From the human T2T-CHM13v2.0 reference genome, Homo sapiens: a stretch of 64,000 nucleotides of DNA. The stretch is from the NCBI RefSeq assembly GCF_009914755.1, contig NC_060943.1; one strand, given 5' to 3'. The stretch's first letter is position 1; every line of letters begins with the position of its first letter. Positions 28,444 to 45,416 of the stretch are shown here, piece after piece. The notes beneath the pieces were generated by a model that ran no database searches, was not told the DNA's origin, and saw nothing but the letters and a program-made list of their open reading frames with translations. The translations under genes and the position numbers were made by a program.

Positions 28444-28694
28444 TCAAAAAAAAAAAAAAATTAACTAAGGTTTAAAAACTAAACTTAAATGCTAAAACTA
28501 TAAACCTTCTACAATAAAATGTAAAAAGAAATCTTTGTGACAAATGTTTCTCACGAAGATTTCTTAAGCAAAGATTTAAGTAGGTCACAAAAGCACACTA
28601 CATAACAGAAAAAATAACTGATAAAATGAACGCCATCACGATTAGACTTTTGTTCTGAGGAAGACATCTTTAAGAAAATAAAAAGGCTCGGTCA

Positions 28695-29362
<668 letters not shown>

Positions 29363-29750
29363 TCATATTACATATATTTGACAAAGGAAATATCCAGAAA
29401 ATATGAAAAGCTCTTGCAACTCAATAAGAAGAAAATAAACAATCCAATTGAAAATGAGCAAAAGATTTGAACAGGCGATTCACAAGAGAGGATATCGAAT
29501 GGCCACAGGCATGTCAAATAATGGTCAAGAACATTAAAGGAAAATGCAAATGGAAACAGCAATGAAATATCAATAAACATCCACTAGAATGGATAAAATT
29601 AAAACAAACAAAAAAACCCCAAAACCTGACAATACCAAGTATTGATAAGGATAAAGCTTAGCTGAAATGTTCATATACTGAAGGTTGGGAGTATAGAGTG
29701 GTTCAATCATACTGAAAAATAGTTTGGCCATTTCTTTCTTTTTTTCCTGA

Positions 29751-30173
<423 letters not shown>

Positions 30174-30255
30174 TGAGGCAGGAGGATTGCTTGAGCCCAG
30201 GAGTTTGAGACCAGCCTGGAGAATACAGTGAGACCTTGCCTCTAAATAAAATTTA

Positions 30256-30567
<312 letters not shown>

Positions 30568-30984
30568 TCAAATAAAAATTATCTATGCATAGTGGCATAC
30601 ACCCATAGTCCCAGCTGCTCTAGAGGCTGAGGCAGGAGGATTGCTTGAGCCAAGGTGGAGGCTGCAGTGAGCTATGGTGGTGCCACTGCACTCCAGCCTC
30701 AGTGACAGAGAGAGACCCTGGCTCAAATAATAATAATAATAAATAAATAAACTTAAACATACACTTATATGACACAGCAACTCAACTCCTGGGTATTTAC
30801 CCAAAAGAAATCAAAACATCAGCCCACAAAAAGACTTTTCATACAATCTTTATTCATAAACATCCACACTGGAAACAACTCACGTGTACATCAACAGGTG
30901 AACAGATCAGCAAACTCAGGTTCACACAATGGATTACAACCCAAAGAAATGAACTGCATGAAGAAAACACACGAATGAACTTAA

Positions 30985-31391
<407 letters not shown>

Positions 31392-31401
31392 TGAAGCTTG
31401 A

Positions 31402-31980
<579 letters not shown>

Positions 31981-32242
31981 TGAGGCAGCAGGATTGCTTG
32001 AGTCCAGGAGTTCCTACTGTGTCTAGCCACTGTGCCAACCCTTCCTTGAGTTCCCAATTGGGAAACTTCCCAATGAGGAATTTGATGCCTACAGAGGTTG
32101 AGTGACCCTGTCCTTAAAAAAAAATTTTTTTTTTTAATTAGCCAGGAACGGTGGTGCGTGCCTGTAGTCCCAGGTACTCTGGAGGCTGAGTCAGGAGGAT
32201 CGCTTGAGCCTTGGAGGTCGAGGCTTCAGTGAGCTGGGATCA

Positions 32243-32800
<558 letters not shown>

Positions 32801-33699
32801 CTACTTGATGTGTGATCTTAAACCAATTCACTCAACCTTCGTGGGCACCAAATTCCTCATTAGGAAACTATGCATAGAGGATCTCCTTCAGAAGGTTGTT
32901 TCGGGGATTGAAGGAATGGTTAGCGCAGCGGCTACACATAGTAGGAACTCAGGGAATGCTGCTGGGACTCACGTTCCTAAGCCATGAAAACGGTCCAGTG
33001 GGTGGAGGGTGCTACCATTTATGCATGGAGGGGAAGAAACTACCCGTGCATATGTGCAGAGGTCCACAGGGGATTTTCTGAAAGATACACATGAAATGAA
33101 GACCAGGGAAACAGCAGTATTCTCCCAGTAAAGAGGATAGATGTATGTGTACATATATGTGCATATACATATATACACGTATATTTATAAATGACAAACA
33201 CACAAAAATAACAGTATAAATCTCCATTTGTTATATATTTAAATTTTTTGTAGCGATCGGGCTGTTGCTATATTATCAAGGCTGGTCTCATACACCTGGC
33301 CTCAAGCGATGCTCCGACATCAGCCTTCCAAAGTGCTGGGATTACAGGCCTGAGGCATCGCGCCCAGCTCCAAATCTCCATTTTCGGTGAACCATTTGAG
33401 AAAAAATCGCAAACATGCTGCATCTCCAAATACCTAACTATGTTTTCCACAAACAGGGACAGGTTCCCACGTGCACACTGTAAGGCACGGTGAAAATCGG
33501 GACATTAACACGGCTGAATCGCTACCATCTAATCCGAAGGCCCAACCACATTCACCACTTGTGCCAATAATATGTTCATTTCACTGTATGTTTTGAAATG
33601 TGTACCACATGCATATGTTATCTTTACGAAAAAAAAAATAGTATGTTGAAACCACTCGTCACAGCCAAATGAAATAAGAGCTAACTCATTCAAGCAGGA

Positions 33700-35230
33700 A
33701 CCCCGGAGGACTAAAAGAATCCGGCCTCTCCCAGGCCTCCTCACCTGAGCAGGGCTCCCTCCTGACTACCGCCCACCCACTCCAGGGCAGGACGCGGGAA
33801 GAGACTGCCCAGCCCGAGGGTCGCAGGGGCAGAAAACCCCAGGTCCTGAACGCGCCTGGGCCCCGCGGCGAACCTGGCGTCCCCACCCGACACCAGAATC
33901 AGATTCAGGCCAGGCCAGGAACCACCCCAGCTTCCTGCATCCGCCTTGGTCCAGGCAGCAAAGACGGCGGCGGCCGCCAGGGGGACGGAAGCTCAAGGGC
34001 GGGGATGCAGGCCCAAGCCTGGGCGCGCCCACCAAGGCGTGGATCCGGACGAAGGTTCCGGAACAGCCGGTCCCGAGCACCCACGTGCAGCTTCCGATCT
34101 CAGCCCTGGCGTGGCTTCTGTGTCCCCGGCTAAGGCCCGCGGTCGCTGCAGGGTGCCTCGCCGAGGGTGCGGGCTCGGGGCTCACAGTGCTCCCAGCCTC
34201 TCCCACCCCAACCCCGCCATTAAGGGGAGCCCCAGCGACGCCCTGAACCCTGAAAGTCACACTGGGGCCGGGGCTGCACTTGGCGTCCGCTTCCCCTCCC
34301 GTCACAGTGACCAGGGCTAGGACCGGGGTCCGGGCCGTCGGGGAGAGCGGAGGGCGCGTGGGAATGGGGCTCGCTGCGCCACGGAAACCCCGCGCCGCCC
34401 TTCGAGTCCTCCCCGCTGCTCCGCAGAGCCGGGGCCGCTGCCATCGCGTCTGCCCCGAGGGTGCGCAGGCGGGTACCTGTCCCGACTCGGGGAACAGCGG
34501 GAGCCCGGAGACGCCCGTCGGGCTTCCCAGCCCCACCTGGGACGTCTCTAGGGGCGGGAGGCCAGGAGAGCAGAGGGTGGGAGAGATGAGCTGCAGGGGG
34601 ATACGGGACCCAGGGACCCGGGATATTATAACACGCTTTCCACCCGTAGGATTGGGGCCCACAAATGACCAGAAAGGTGGGACTCATTCGCCCCCTTTGC
34701 AGATGGACCCATGTTGGCGCCCCTTAGATCTGCAGTGGGGGCACCAGGACCTGCGGTGAGCGCCTCTGCGCCCCAAACGCCAGCAGGTCCGCCCGACCGC
34801 ATTCCCACCTGGCTTGCTTTGCACAAATGCTGCGTCAGGGCACGCCCCACACCCACTCCTTCCCAGATCGCGACCCTCACGCCTTCGCAGACAGAAAGTG
34901 TCCTAAGCACAGGCAGGCTCAGAGCCCGCCTCCGCCTCGGATTCGCTGTGTGGCCCGGAGCCAGTATCTTGGCCTCTCTGGGTCTCAGTTTGCTCATCTC
35001 AGTGAATGGGACACAGACACAGTCGCGCTGCGGGCTAACGCTTTATTTGCCAGCCAAGGCCCCGGGCCCGCCTGGGCTTCTGCTCAGAAGATCCTCACGG
35101 AGTCCAGCTGCACGTCCCCGCCCACCTCCACCAGGCGCACGCGCGCCAGCGGCAGGCGGTGGCGGAAGTGGTGGTACTGGGCGTCCCCAACCACGGCCTG
35201 CAGGGGAGGGTCGGTGGTGAGGATTCCGGA
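33700..35230. promoter_or_regulatory. CpG-island-like region over the last exon and 3' flank of LGALS7
   Basis: High GC content and dense CpG over about 1.5 kb; mirrored at about 55600-57130. Confidence 0.7.
35042..35047 (-). terminator. LGALS7: LGALS7 polyadenylation signal AATAAA
   Basis: TTTATT on + strand, 36 nt after the stop codon. Confidence 0.85.
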
Positions 35231-37550
35231 GGCCCGTGCTGGGTGGCCCTGGGGAAATCACTCATCCCCTCTGGGCCTCAGTTTCCTCACTGGGAAAATG
35301 GGGCTATTGTTCATTCTAACTCTTGCGTGAGGATCAAACGAGTTGACTGTGTGGCACAGTAAAAAGCGGCTTTTTTAGTGCTGGTAATGGATATTCTCAT
35401 TTCAGCGACCATTACCCGCTATTAAAGCGCAGAGGAGGGAGGTGAATTCGCGTAAGCTGTGGGTGGTGGAGGATCTGCCGCCACTCCCACCCGCCAATCC
35501 TTGCTAGGACGAGTTCCTGGGCGCTGTTTCCAACCCATCCCTCCCCATGCCTCAAACCCCGGACCTCAGGAAGGAATGAACTGGGAGTAGGGTCTGGGAT
35601 GGCGAGTCTGGGCCACGCCTTCCCGCTAGGACGCCCACCCCTTGGACACTTGGCTGGTGCTCGCCTCGTCCTGACCCTGCTGTCTCTCTGTCCCTCGGAC
35701 CCAAGTGGGAGTTGTTTAGGCGAGAGAGAGGGTCGAAGGACACCCTTCTCCGCCTTGGCCACGACTTCCCTACGCTCCTCACCCCACCCCGAACCTCCCT
35801 GCCTTCCACCAATAGCCTGGCTTTGCCCAACCCTCTGCTCCAGGGACCTAAGTCTTGGCGTCCACGCCCCTGTCGCTGAGACGCACCTTGAAGCCGTCGT
35901 CTGACGCGATGATGAGCACCTCGAAGGGCTGCCCGCGCTGGAAAGGAACGCCCGGCCCGCGCTCCTCGCGGCCCCAGGAGCCTTGCTCCTTGCTGTTGAA
36001 GACCACCTCCGACGTGTCCAGCCGGGGGTTGAAATGCAGGGCGGCATCGGAGCCCTGCTCCTCCCCGCACAGCAGGTTTACATGGAACCTGGAAGAGGGG
36101 GATGGTGGCCGTCAGGGCTCAGAAACCACCCAGACCAAGAAATGTTGAGGGTGAGGAATACCGATGTCTACAATTTACTTTGAATGAATAAGTAAATGAA
36201 ATGTTGGCTGGGTGCAGTGGCTCACCCTGTAATCCCAGCACTCTGGGAGGTGGAGAAGGGAGGATCGCTTGGGCCCGGAAGTTAAAGACCAGCCTGGGCA
36301 ACATAGCGAGACCCCACCTTACAAAAAAACGAAAGAACAAACAAAACATAAACCGCCCAGACCAAAGTGAAGGTCTTATGGGCTGGCACTCCCCATTCCC
36401 AGAGTACCCCCAAATTAACAGGGACCTGAAGACAGGCACACACCGCAGAAGGAGAGGTGGGCGACTAATGACCAGGGAGCTTAGATTCCCAAGGCAGCCA
36501 AAATATCATGAGGCCCTTGGCAGAAACCTACCCAGACCAAACTCACTACACTTAGGGCAGGGTGCCCTCATTTCCAAAGAGCCTGGGAGCTGCCCAGGAG
36601 GTCTGGGTGATAGCCAGGGTGCTCCTGATGCTCAGGGAACCCTCAGCTTCTACAGGACAAAGAATAATACCAGGAACCCCAGTATTTCCAGGGTACCTCA
36701 GAATCCAGAAGGCCCGAAGTTCCTTAGCCAGGAAGTCAAAGGATGGCTTGGCAAGGACTCCCAGGGTCCAGGGTGTCTCCAGGACTTGGAGTATTTCCAG
36801 AGTTCCCTGGGACTCAGACATGGAAGTCACAGGACTATATCTAGGAACCCTGAGATTACCCAGGGACCTCAAATGCTTAGGGAAACTTAGGGACCCCAGC
36901 CACAAAGGCACGGGGGCAAATACGAATACATCAGATTTGAGGTCAGAAATGGCCTCGGACTCCTAGCCTGGTGGATACAGGTGGCCTCGGGCCCCTACTT
37001 CTGGACTGCAAAAATTGGGAGTCAGCTGATCCTGAGACCTGTACCCTTTACCCCTAGGGCCTGGGGCCTCACCTGCTGGCATTGGGAGGAACCAAGCCGC
37101 GAATTCTCAGCACCGTGCCAGGGCGGATGCCCTCGGGCAGCGAGGACTTGTGGGGGACGTTCTGCAAGAGTGGGGTGCAGGGGCCACTGTGAGCCGGTGA
37201 GACCGAAGGAGGGAGGCAGAAGGTGGGTCACCCCTCAGAGGAGCCGACCAGGGCTGAGACTGGCAGAAATCAGTGGAAGAGGAAAGGTTGGCGGAGAGGC
37301 AGGAAAGAGACCAGAAACAGACAGGGAAACAGATGGGGAGAGCAACAAAGACAAACAGAAAGATCCTCAAAGAGGGCCCCAGAGGAAGCCACAAAGAGGT
37401 AGAGGGGACAGTCGGGATGGGGGTTACCCGGAGGCCACAGCCCAGGCCAGTCCGTGGCACACTCACTGCCCACTTGCTCCTTTGAAAGAGGAGCCCCCAG
37501 CCCCCTCCCTGCTTGGCCCCGCCCCGGGCCCCTGGAGCACTCACGGACAT
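35084..37550 (-). CDS. LGALS7: Galectin-7 (136 aa), 4 coding exons
   Basis: Exons 37545-37550, 37073-37161, 35887-36088, 35084-35197 total 411 nt; [17 protein letters not shown]...HFNPRL...[16 protein letters not shown]...DSVRIF*; galectin CRD residues intact. The LGALS7 vs LGALS7B name is assigned from known gene order (minus-strand copy next to CAPN12). Confidence 0.96.
36139..36349 (+). mobile_element. Alu left monomer plus 67-bp 5' extension, TSD-flanked, in LGALS7 intron 2
   Basis: TSD AAACC(A/G)CCCAGACCAA at 36123-36138 and 36350-36365. Confidence 0.8.
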
Positions 37551-37598
37551 GGCTGGGACCGGGTTGGGCAGCCGTGGTGGTGGGGCCTGCTGGGGACC

Positions 37599-37700
37599 TT
37601 AAATAAAAGCAGGGCGGGGCTGGCCCTGATGACTCACCCCACCCCTTCCCACCCACCACCCACACCTGGCACGGACCCTGGCCCTGGGGCAAGCCTGGCG
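37599..37700 (-). promoter_or_regulatory. LGALS7: LGALS7 proximal promoter (TATA-like, GC box, AP-1, p53-family half-site)
   Basis: TATTTAA 37605-37599; GGGCGGGG about 37612-37619; TGACTCA 37630-37636; GGGCAAGCCT 37687-37696 fits RRRCWWGYYY. Confidence 0.7.
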
Positions 37701-38564
37701 AAGCGGGAGTGGCGCCTCTTCTTGGGGGCCCTGATCCCCCCATCACCCAGAGCCCGGGTGCACTGCCCCTCTCCTAGGAGCTGATAATAAGAGCCACCGC
37801 CCCTCCACCCCTGTCTTCCCACTGCCTGGCACACAGGAGAGTCTCTCATGCTCATTTTATCCACAGACATGTTGGGTCCTGAGAAGCCAAGCCCAGCGGG
37901 AACTCTAGACCCTTCTCTCCAGCTGAGAACCTCCTGCCTAGACTGGAAATGTCTGCGCTGAAATCCCTGCTTCTAAGTCTCCAGTGGAACAGCAGCCACA
38001 ACAACGACGATAGTGCCAGACAGGGGGACTTCACAGGGTCGGAGGGCGGCCTGGTTGGCTCAGTGCTGCACCCCTGGGTCCTGGAGTGTGCCGGGTTCAT
38101 GGGAAGTCCTCAGTCAGGAGGGGTGAAAGGAGGGGATCCACTAGGACTACGCTTGTCATTTCCCAGGCCCTTGGGCTGCCCAGGATATGCAGGAAATCAC
38201 TGATTGGGACCCCACCATTCCAACAGAGAGAAGCATGGGTCACCCCCATTGTACAGAGAAGGAGGCTGAGGCTGGGATGGGAAGTGATTTTCCACAAGCC
38301 GGGCAGGACCCATTGCCCCAACCTCTGCCTTTCCTCACCTCTGGGCGTGCCTCTCCTGTGGGTTCTGTCTCTGGGGCTGGCTGTCTGGCTCTGTTTGTCT
38401 CTGTCTATAACTGTCTACCGCGTATTCCTGTCCCACTTCTCTCCTTCAAGTCTCTCTTGTTCCTCCTTCCAGGACTGTTACCATCTTCCCACCAATTTTG
38501 CAGGTCAGGATGAGGTGGGTTTTAGGGTGGTGGGTGGCCTAGCATTCCATCACCACCTAGATCA

Positions 38565-39118
<554 letters not shown>

Positions 39119-39121
39119 CTA

Positions 39122-39752
<631 letters not shown>

Positions 39753-40082
39753 TCATGGGCACGGACAGAGAGGACAGCAGGGTGTCCGGTGATCACACCA
39801 CCAGCGCAGCTCAGTTAGTTCCCGAGAATGTTCCCTTGAATGGTGAACTCCATCATTCTAACATTATTGACCATTCTAAAGAACACACTCCTCACATTAC
39901 TGACGCCTCATGCTGTGTACCGTGTTTCCCAGGAACTCAACTTTTTAGTGATCGCTTCACTGTGGCTGGATGTAACTTCACATGCAGCCAACATGCTGCA
40001 AGTCCCAACGTGCCTTTGCTGACTGGCCAAAGCTTTCCATTCACTCTATTATTAGCCTGAAGTCCTGACTCCTTTCTGGTAA

Positions 40083-40484
<402 letters not shown>

Positions 40485-41030
40485 TAATTTTTTTTTTTTT
40501 TTTTTGAGACAGGGTCTGGCTCTCTCTGTGATCATGGCTTACTGCAGCCTTGGCCTCCTGGGCTTGGGAATCCTCCCGCCTCTGGAGTAGCTTGGACTAC
40601 AGTTGCACGCCACCATGCCCAGCTTTTTTTTTTTTTTTTTTTTTTTTCCTAGAGAGGAGGTCTCACCATGTTGCCCAGGCTGGTCTCAAACTCCTGGGCT
40701 CAAGCGATCCTCCCACCTTGGTCTCCTAAAATGTTGTGATTACAGGCCTGGCCACGGTAATATTTGTGTGTCTTTTTTCGGTTTTAAATAACTAATGTGT
40801 TTATTTCCCAATTGTTATTTCATTGAGGTATTTTTCCCATTAAATAAAAGGTTCAGATTTTGTTGTTGTTGTTGTTGTTTTGAGACAGGGTCTTGTTCTG
40901 TCGCCCAGGCTGGAGTGCAGTGGTATGATCTCAACTTACTGCAACCTCTGCCTCCCAGATTCAAGTGATCCTCCCACCTCATCCTCCTGAGTGGCTGGGA
41001 CTACAGGAGTGTGCCACCACACCTGCCTAA

Positions 41031-41171
<141 letters not shown>

Positions 41172-41480
41172 TAATGGAATAGTTCAATGAGTTTTGACAC
41201 ATATAGTCACCTGTGTAACCACCTCCCCAATCAAGTTTCCTGGTGCCCCTAGAAACAGTCACTGCTCCTTCTGCCACATGAAGCCACTGTCACTCCTGAG
41301 CAGTTAGTAGCCACAAAGTTTCCTTTGATCCATTGTGGTGGCATGTGCCTGTAGTCCCAGCTACTCGGGAGGCTAGGGCAGGAGGATCACCTGAGCCCTG
41401 GAGGTGGAGGCTACAGTGACCCAAGATCACACCACTGCACTCCAGCCTGGGTAACAAGGCGGGCGGATCACCTGAGGTCA

Positions 41481-41732
<252 letters not shown>

Positions 41733-41839
41733 TCAGGAGATCGAGACCATCCTGGCTAATACGGTGAAACCCCGTCTCTACTAAAAATACAAAAAATTAG
41801 CCAGGCGTGGTGGCGGGCACCTGTAGTCCCAGCTACTCA

Positions 41840-41986
<147 letters not shown>

Positions 41987-42983
41987 TCATTTGCCGTGAA
42001 AATGAGAAAGTGGGTTGGGACAGACTGATTTTTCTGATTTTAGGCCTCTTTCAGGATATAACTTAGGTGAAAAGTAACTAATCGCACACTAAGTGTTTGT
42101 AGGGATTTAAAACCCCAGGTTCTGTCAGTGCCATTTTGTTAGTGATATTTTGAGTTATTGTTTTTTGTTTTATTTTTGATTTTTTTTTAGTGATTGCTTC
42201 ACTGTGGCTGGATGTAACTTCACATGTAGCCAACATACTGCAAGTCCCAATGTGCCTTTGCTGATTGGCCAAGGGTTTGCACATTAACTCTGTTATCAGC
42301 CCGAAGTCCTGACTCATTTCTGATAACAGATCTACGTCCTTGATGGGTTCTTTTTTTTTTTTCTTTTGAGATGGAGTCTCACTCTGTTGCCCAGGCTGGA
42401 GTGCAGTGGCTCAATCTCAGCTCTGCCTCCTGGGTTCAAGCGATTCTCTTGCCTTGGCCTACTTAGTAGCTGGGATTACAAGCATGCACCACCACTCTTG
42501 GCTGATTTTTGTATTTTTAGTAGAGATGGGGTTTCACCATGTTGGCCAGGCTGGTCTCGAACTCCTGACCTCAAGTGATCCACCCACCTCAGCTTTCAAA
42601 AGTGCTGGGATTACAGATGTGAACTACTGTGCCTAGCCAAGGGTCTGGCTATGTTGCCCAGGCTAGTCTGGAACCTGGGCTTAAGTGATCCTCCAACTTC
42701 TGGCCTCCCAAAGTACTGGGATTACAGGTGTGAGCCACCATGCCCTGTGGTTTTGGTTATTTTTTAAACACAGTGAAGATACTTCAGGGACTCCTTTGGT
42801 TTTATATATTAACATTCCAGTGATGAAAATGATACAGGTAAAAATCTTTTTAGTGAATTCTAACTGTTCCCACAGTTAAAGACATTTACCCACTATGTAA
42901 CTAATTATATCTTTCCAAGTAATTTGGTAACCACCACTGAAGATTGGCTTACTCAGCTTCTAACTCACTCCCCAGCGGGCCCA

Positions 42984-43019
<36 letters not shown>

Positions 43020-43706
43020 AGACAGGGCCTTAATCTATTGCCCAGGCAAGATCATCATGCACTGCAGCCTCAACCTCCTGGGCTGAAGCGATCCTCCTGC
43101 CTCAGCCGCCAAAGTGGCTGGGACTACAGGCATGTGACACCACCCCCAGTTAATTTTTTTTTTATTTTATTTTAGTAGAGCTGATGCCTCACTATGTGGC
43201 CCAGGCTGGTCTCAAACTCTGGAACTCAAGTATCCTCCTGCCTTGGCCTCCCAAAGTGCTGGGATTACAGGCGTGAACCTCCGCACCCAGCCTGGCCTGC
43301 TTTCTTGCATTAGGCAGTTAAAAACTACATTTCCCAGAGTTATTTGTAGCTAGATTCACATAGGACTGGGTTTCCCCAAGCTGAGTTTGCACCCCTGGAA
43401 AACTCTTTTTTTGAAGACATGCCCTCGTGGCCAGGTACTGTGGCTCACACCTGTAATCCTAGCACTTTGGAGGCTGAGGTGGGCAGTTTGCCTGAGCTCC
43501 AGAGTTCAAGACCAGCCTGGGCAACATGGCAAAACCCCGTCTCTACTAAAATACAAAAAATTAGCCTGGCATGGTGGCACGCACCTGTAATCCCAGCTAC
43601 TGGGTAGGCTGAGGCACAAGAATCACTTGAATCCAGAAGGTGGAGGTTGCAGTGAGCAGAATTTGTGCCACTGCACTCCAGGCTGGGTGACAGAGCAAGA
43701 CTGTCC

Positions 43707-43825
43707 AAAAAGAAAGAGAGAGAGAAGGAAGGAAGGAAGGGAGGGAGGGAGGGAGAGAGGGAGGGAAGGAGGGAAGAGAGAGAGAGATGAAAGAAAGAAA
43801 GAAAGAAAGAAAAAAGAAAGAAGGA

Positions 43826-43916
<91 letters not shown>

Positions 43917-43931
43917 GAGAAAGAAAGAGAA
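43707..43931 (+). repeat. Polypurine (GAAA)n/(GGAA)n/(GAGG)n tract from an Alu tail
   Basis: About 225 nt of pure purine sequence on the + strand. Confidence 0.92.
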
Positions 43932-44108
43932 AGCCAGCCAGCCAAGAAAGAAGTGGTCTTGCTCTGTGGTTTTGCCCTGTCACCCAGCCTGGAGTGCAGT
44001 GGCACCATCATAGCCCACTGCAGCCTAGAACTCCCAGGCTGAAGCAATTTTCCTCAGTCTCTGGAGTAGTAGGTAGGACAACGGTTGTGTGCTACCACAC
44101 TTGGCTAA

Positions 44109-44336
<228 letters not shown>

Positions 44337-45080
44337 TAGGATGTTCTCGATCTCCTGACCTCATGATCTGCCCGCCTCGGCCTCCCAAAGTGTTGGGATT
44401 ACAGGCGTGAACCACCGCGCCTGACTCTTTTCTTTTTTTGAGACAGGATCTCACTCTGTCACCCCAGCTGGAGTGCAGTGGTGTGATCTCGCCTCACTGC
44501 AGCTTCAACAGCCCAGGTTCAAGCAATCCTCCTGCCTCAGCTTCCTAAGTAGCTGGGATTACAGGCATGTGCCACTGTGCCCGGCTTTTTTTTTTTTTTT
44601 TTTTTTTTTTTTAGAGATAGGGTCTCACTGTGTTGCTCAGGCTGGTCTTGAACTCCTGGGCTCAAGCGATCTACCAGCCTCAGTTGCCCAAAGTGCTGGG
44701 ATTACAGGTGTGAGCCCCCATGCCTGGCCCAAAACTGGCTCATTTTTAAATTTTTTTTTTTTGTAGAGACAGGGTCTTCCTCTGCTGCCCAGGCTGGTCT
44801 CAAACTCCTGGCCTCAAGGAGTCTTCCCAGTTCAGCTTCCCAAAGTGCTGGGATTACAGGTATCAGCCACTGCACTCCACCACCTGCAAAACTTAGAAGG
44901 TGAAAATGAGGTAACACTTACGGGAGGGAGATGAGCCTTCTGGCTAGTTAGGTGATGGAGGTATTTATTTTTATCTAGAACAGCCTAGGAAGCTCTGGCC
45001 AGGGAATGCTCTCCGCATCCACCCTCTAGCTTTGCAGCACGGAAGCTTATTCCCTAGTCCTCTGAAAATTCTGTAAGCTA

Positions 45081-45416
<336 letters not shown>

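Noticed and set aside
33766-34759. 298-aa and other long ORFs in the CpG island
   Set aside because: GC-rich, stop-poor sequence; the paralogous arm truncates the frame (204 aa); no recognisable domain.
36201-37784. 229-aa and 267-aa ORFs present in both arms
   Set aside because: Antisense to LGALS7 introns/exons, one starts in an Alu; apparent conservation is just arm identity.
42157-42350. Alu 3' transduction with a second poly(A) tail
   Set aside because: The T-rich tract is better explained as the tail of an older Alu monomer whose body resumes at 42640; no TSD around the copied unit.
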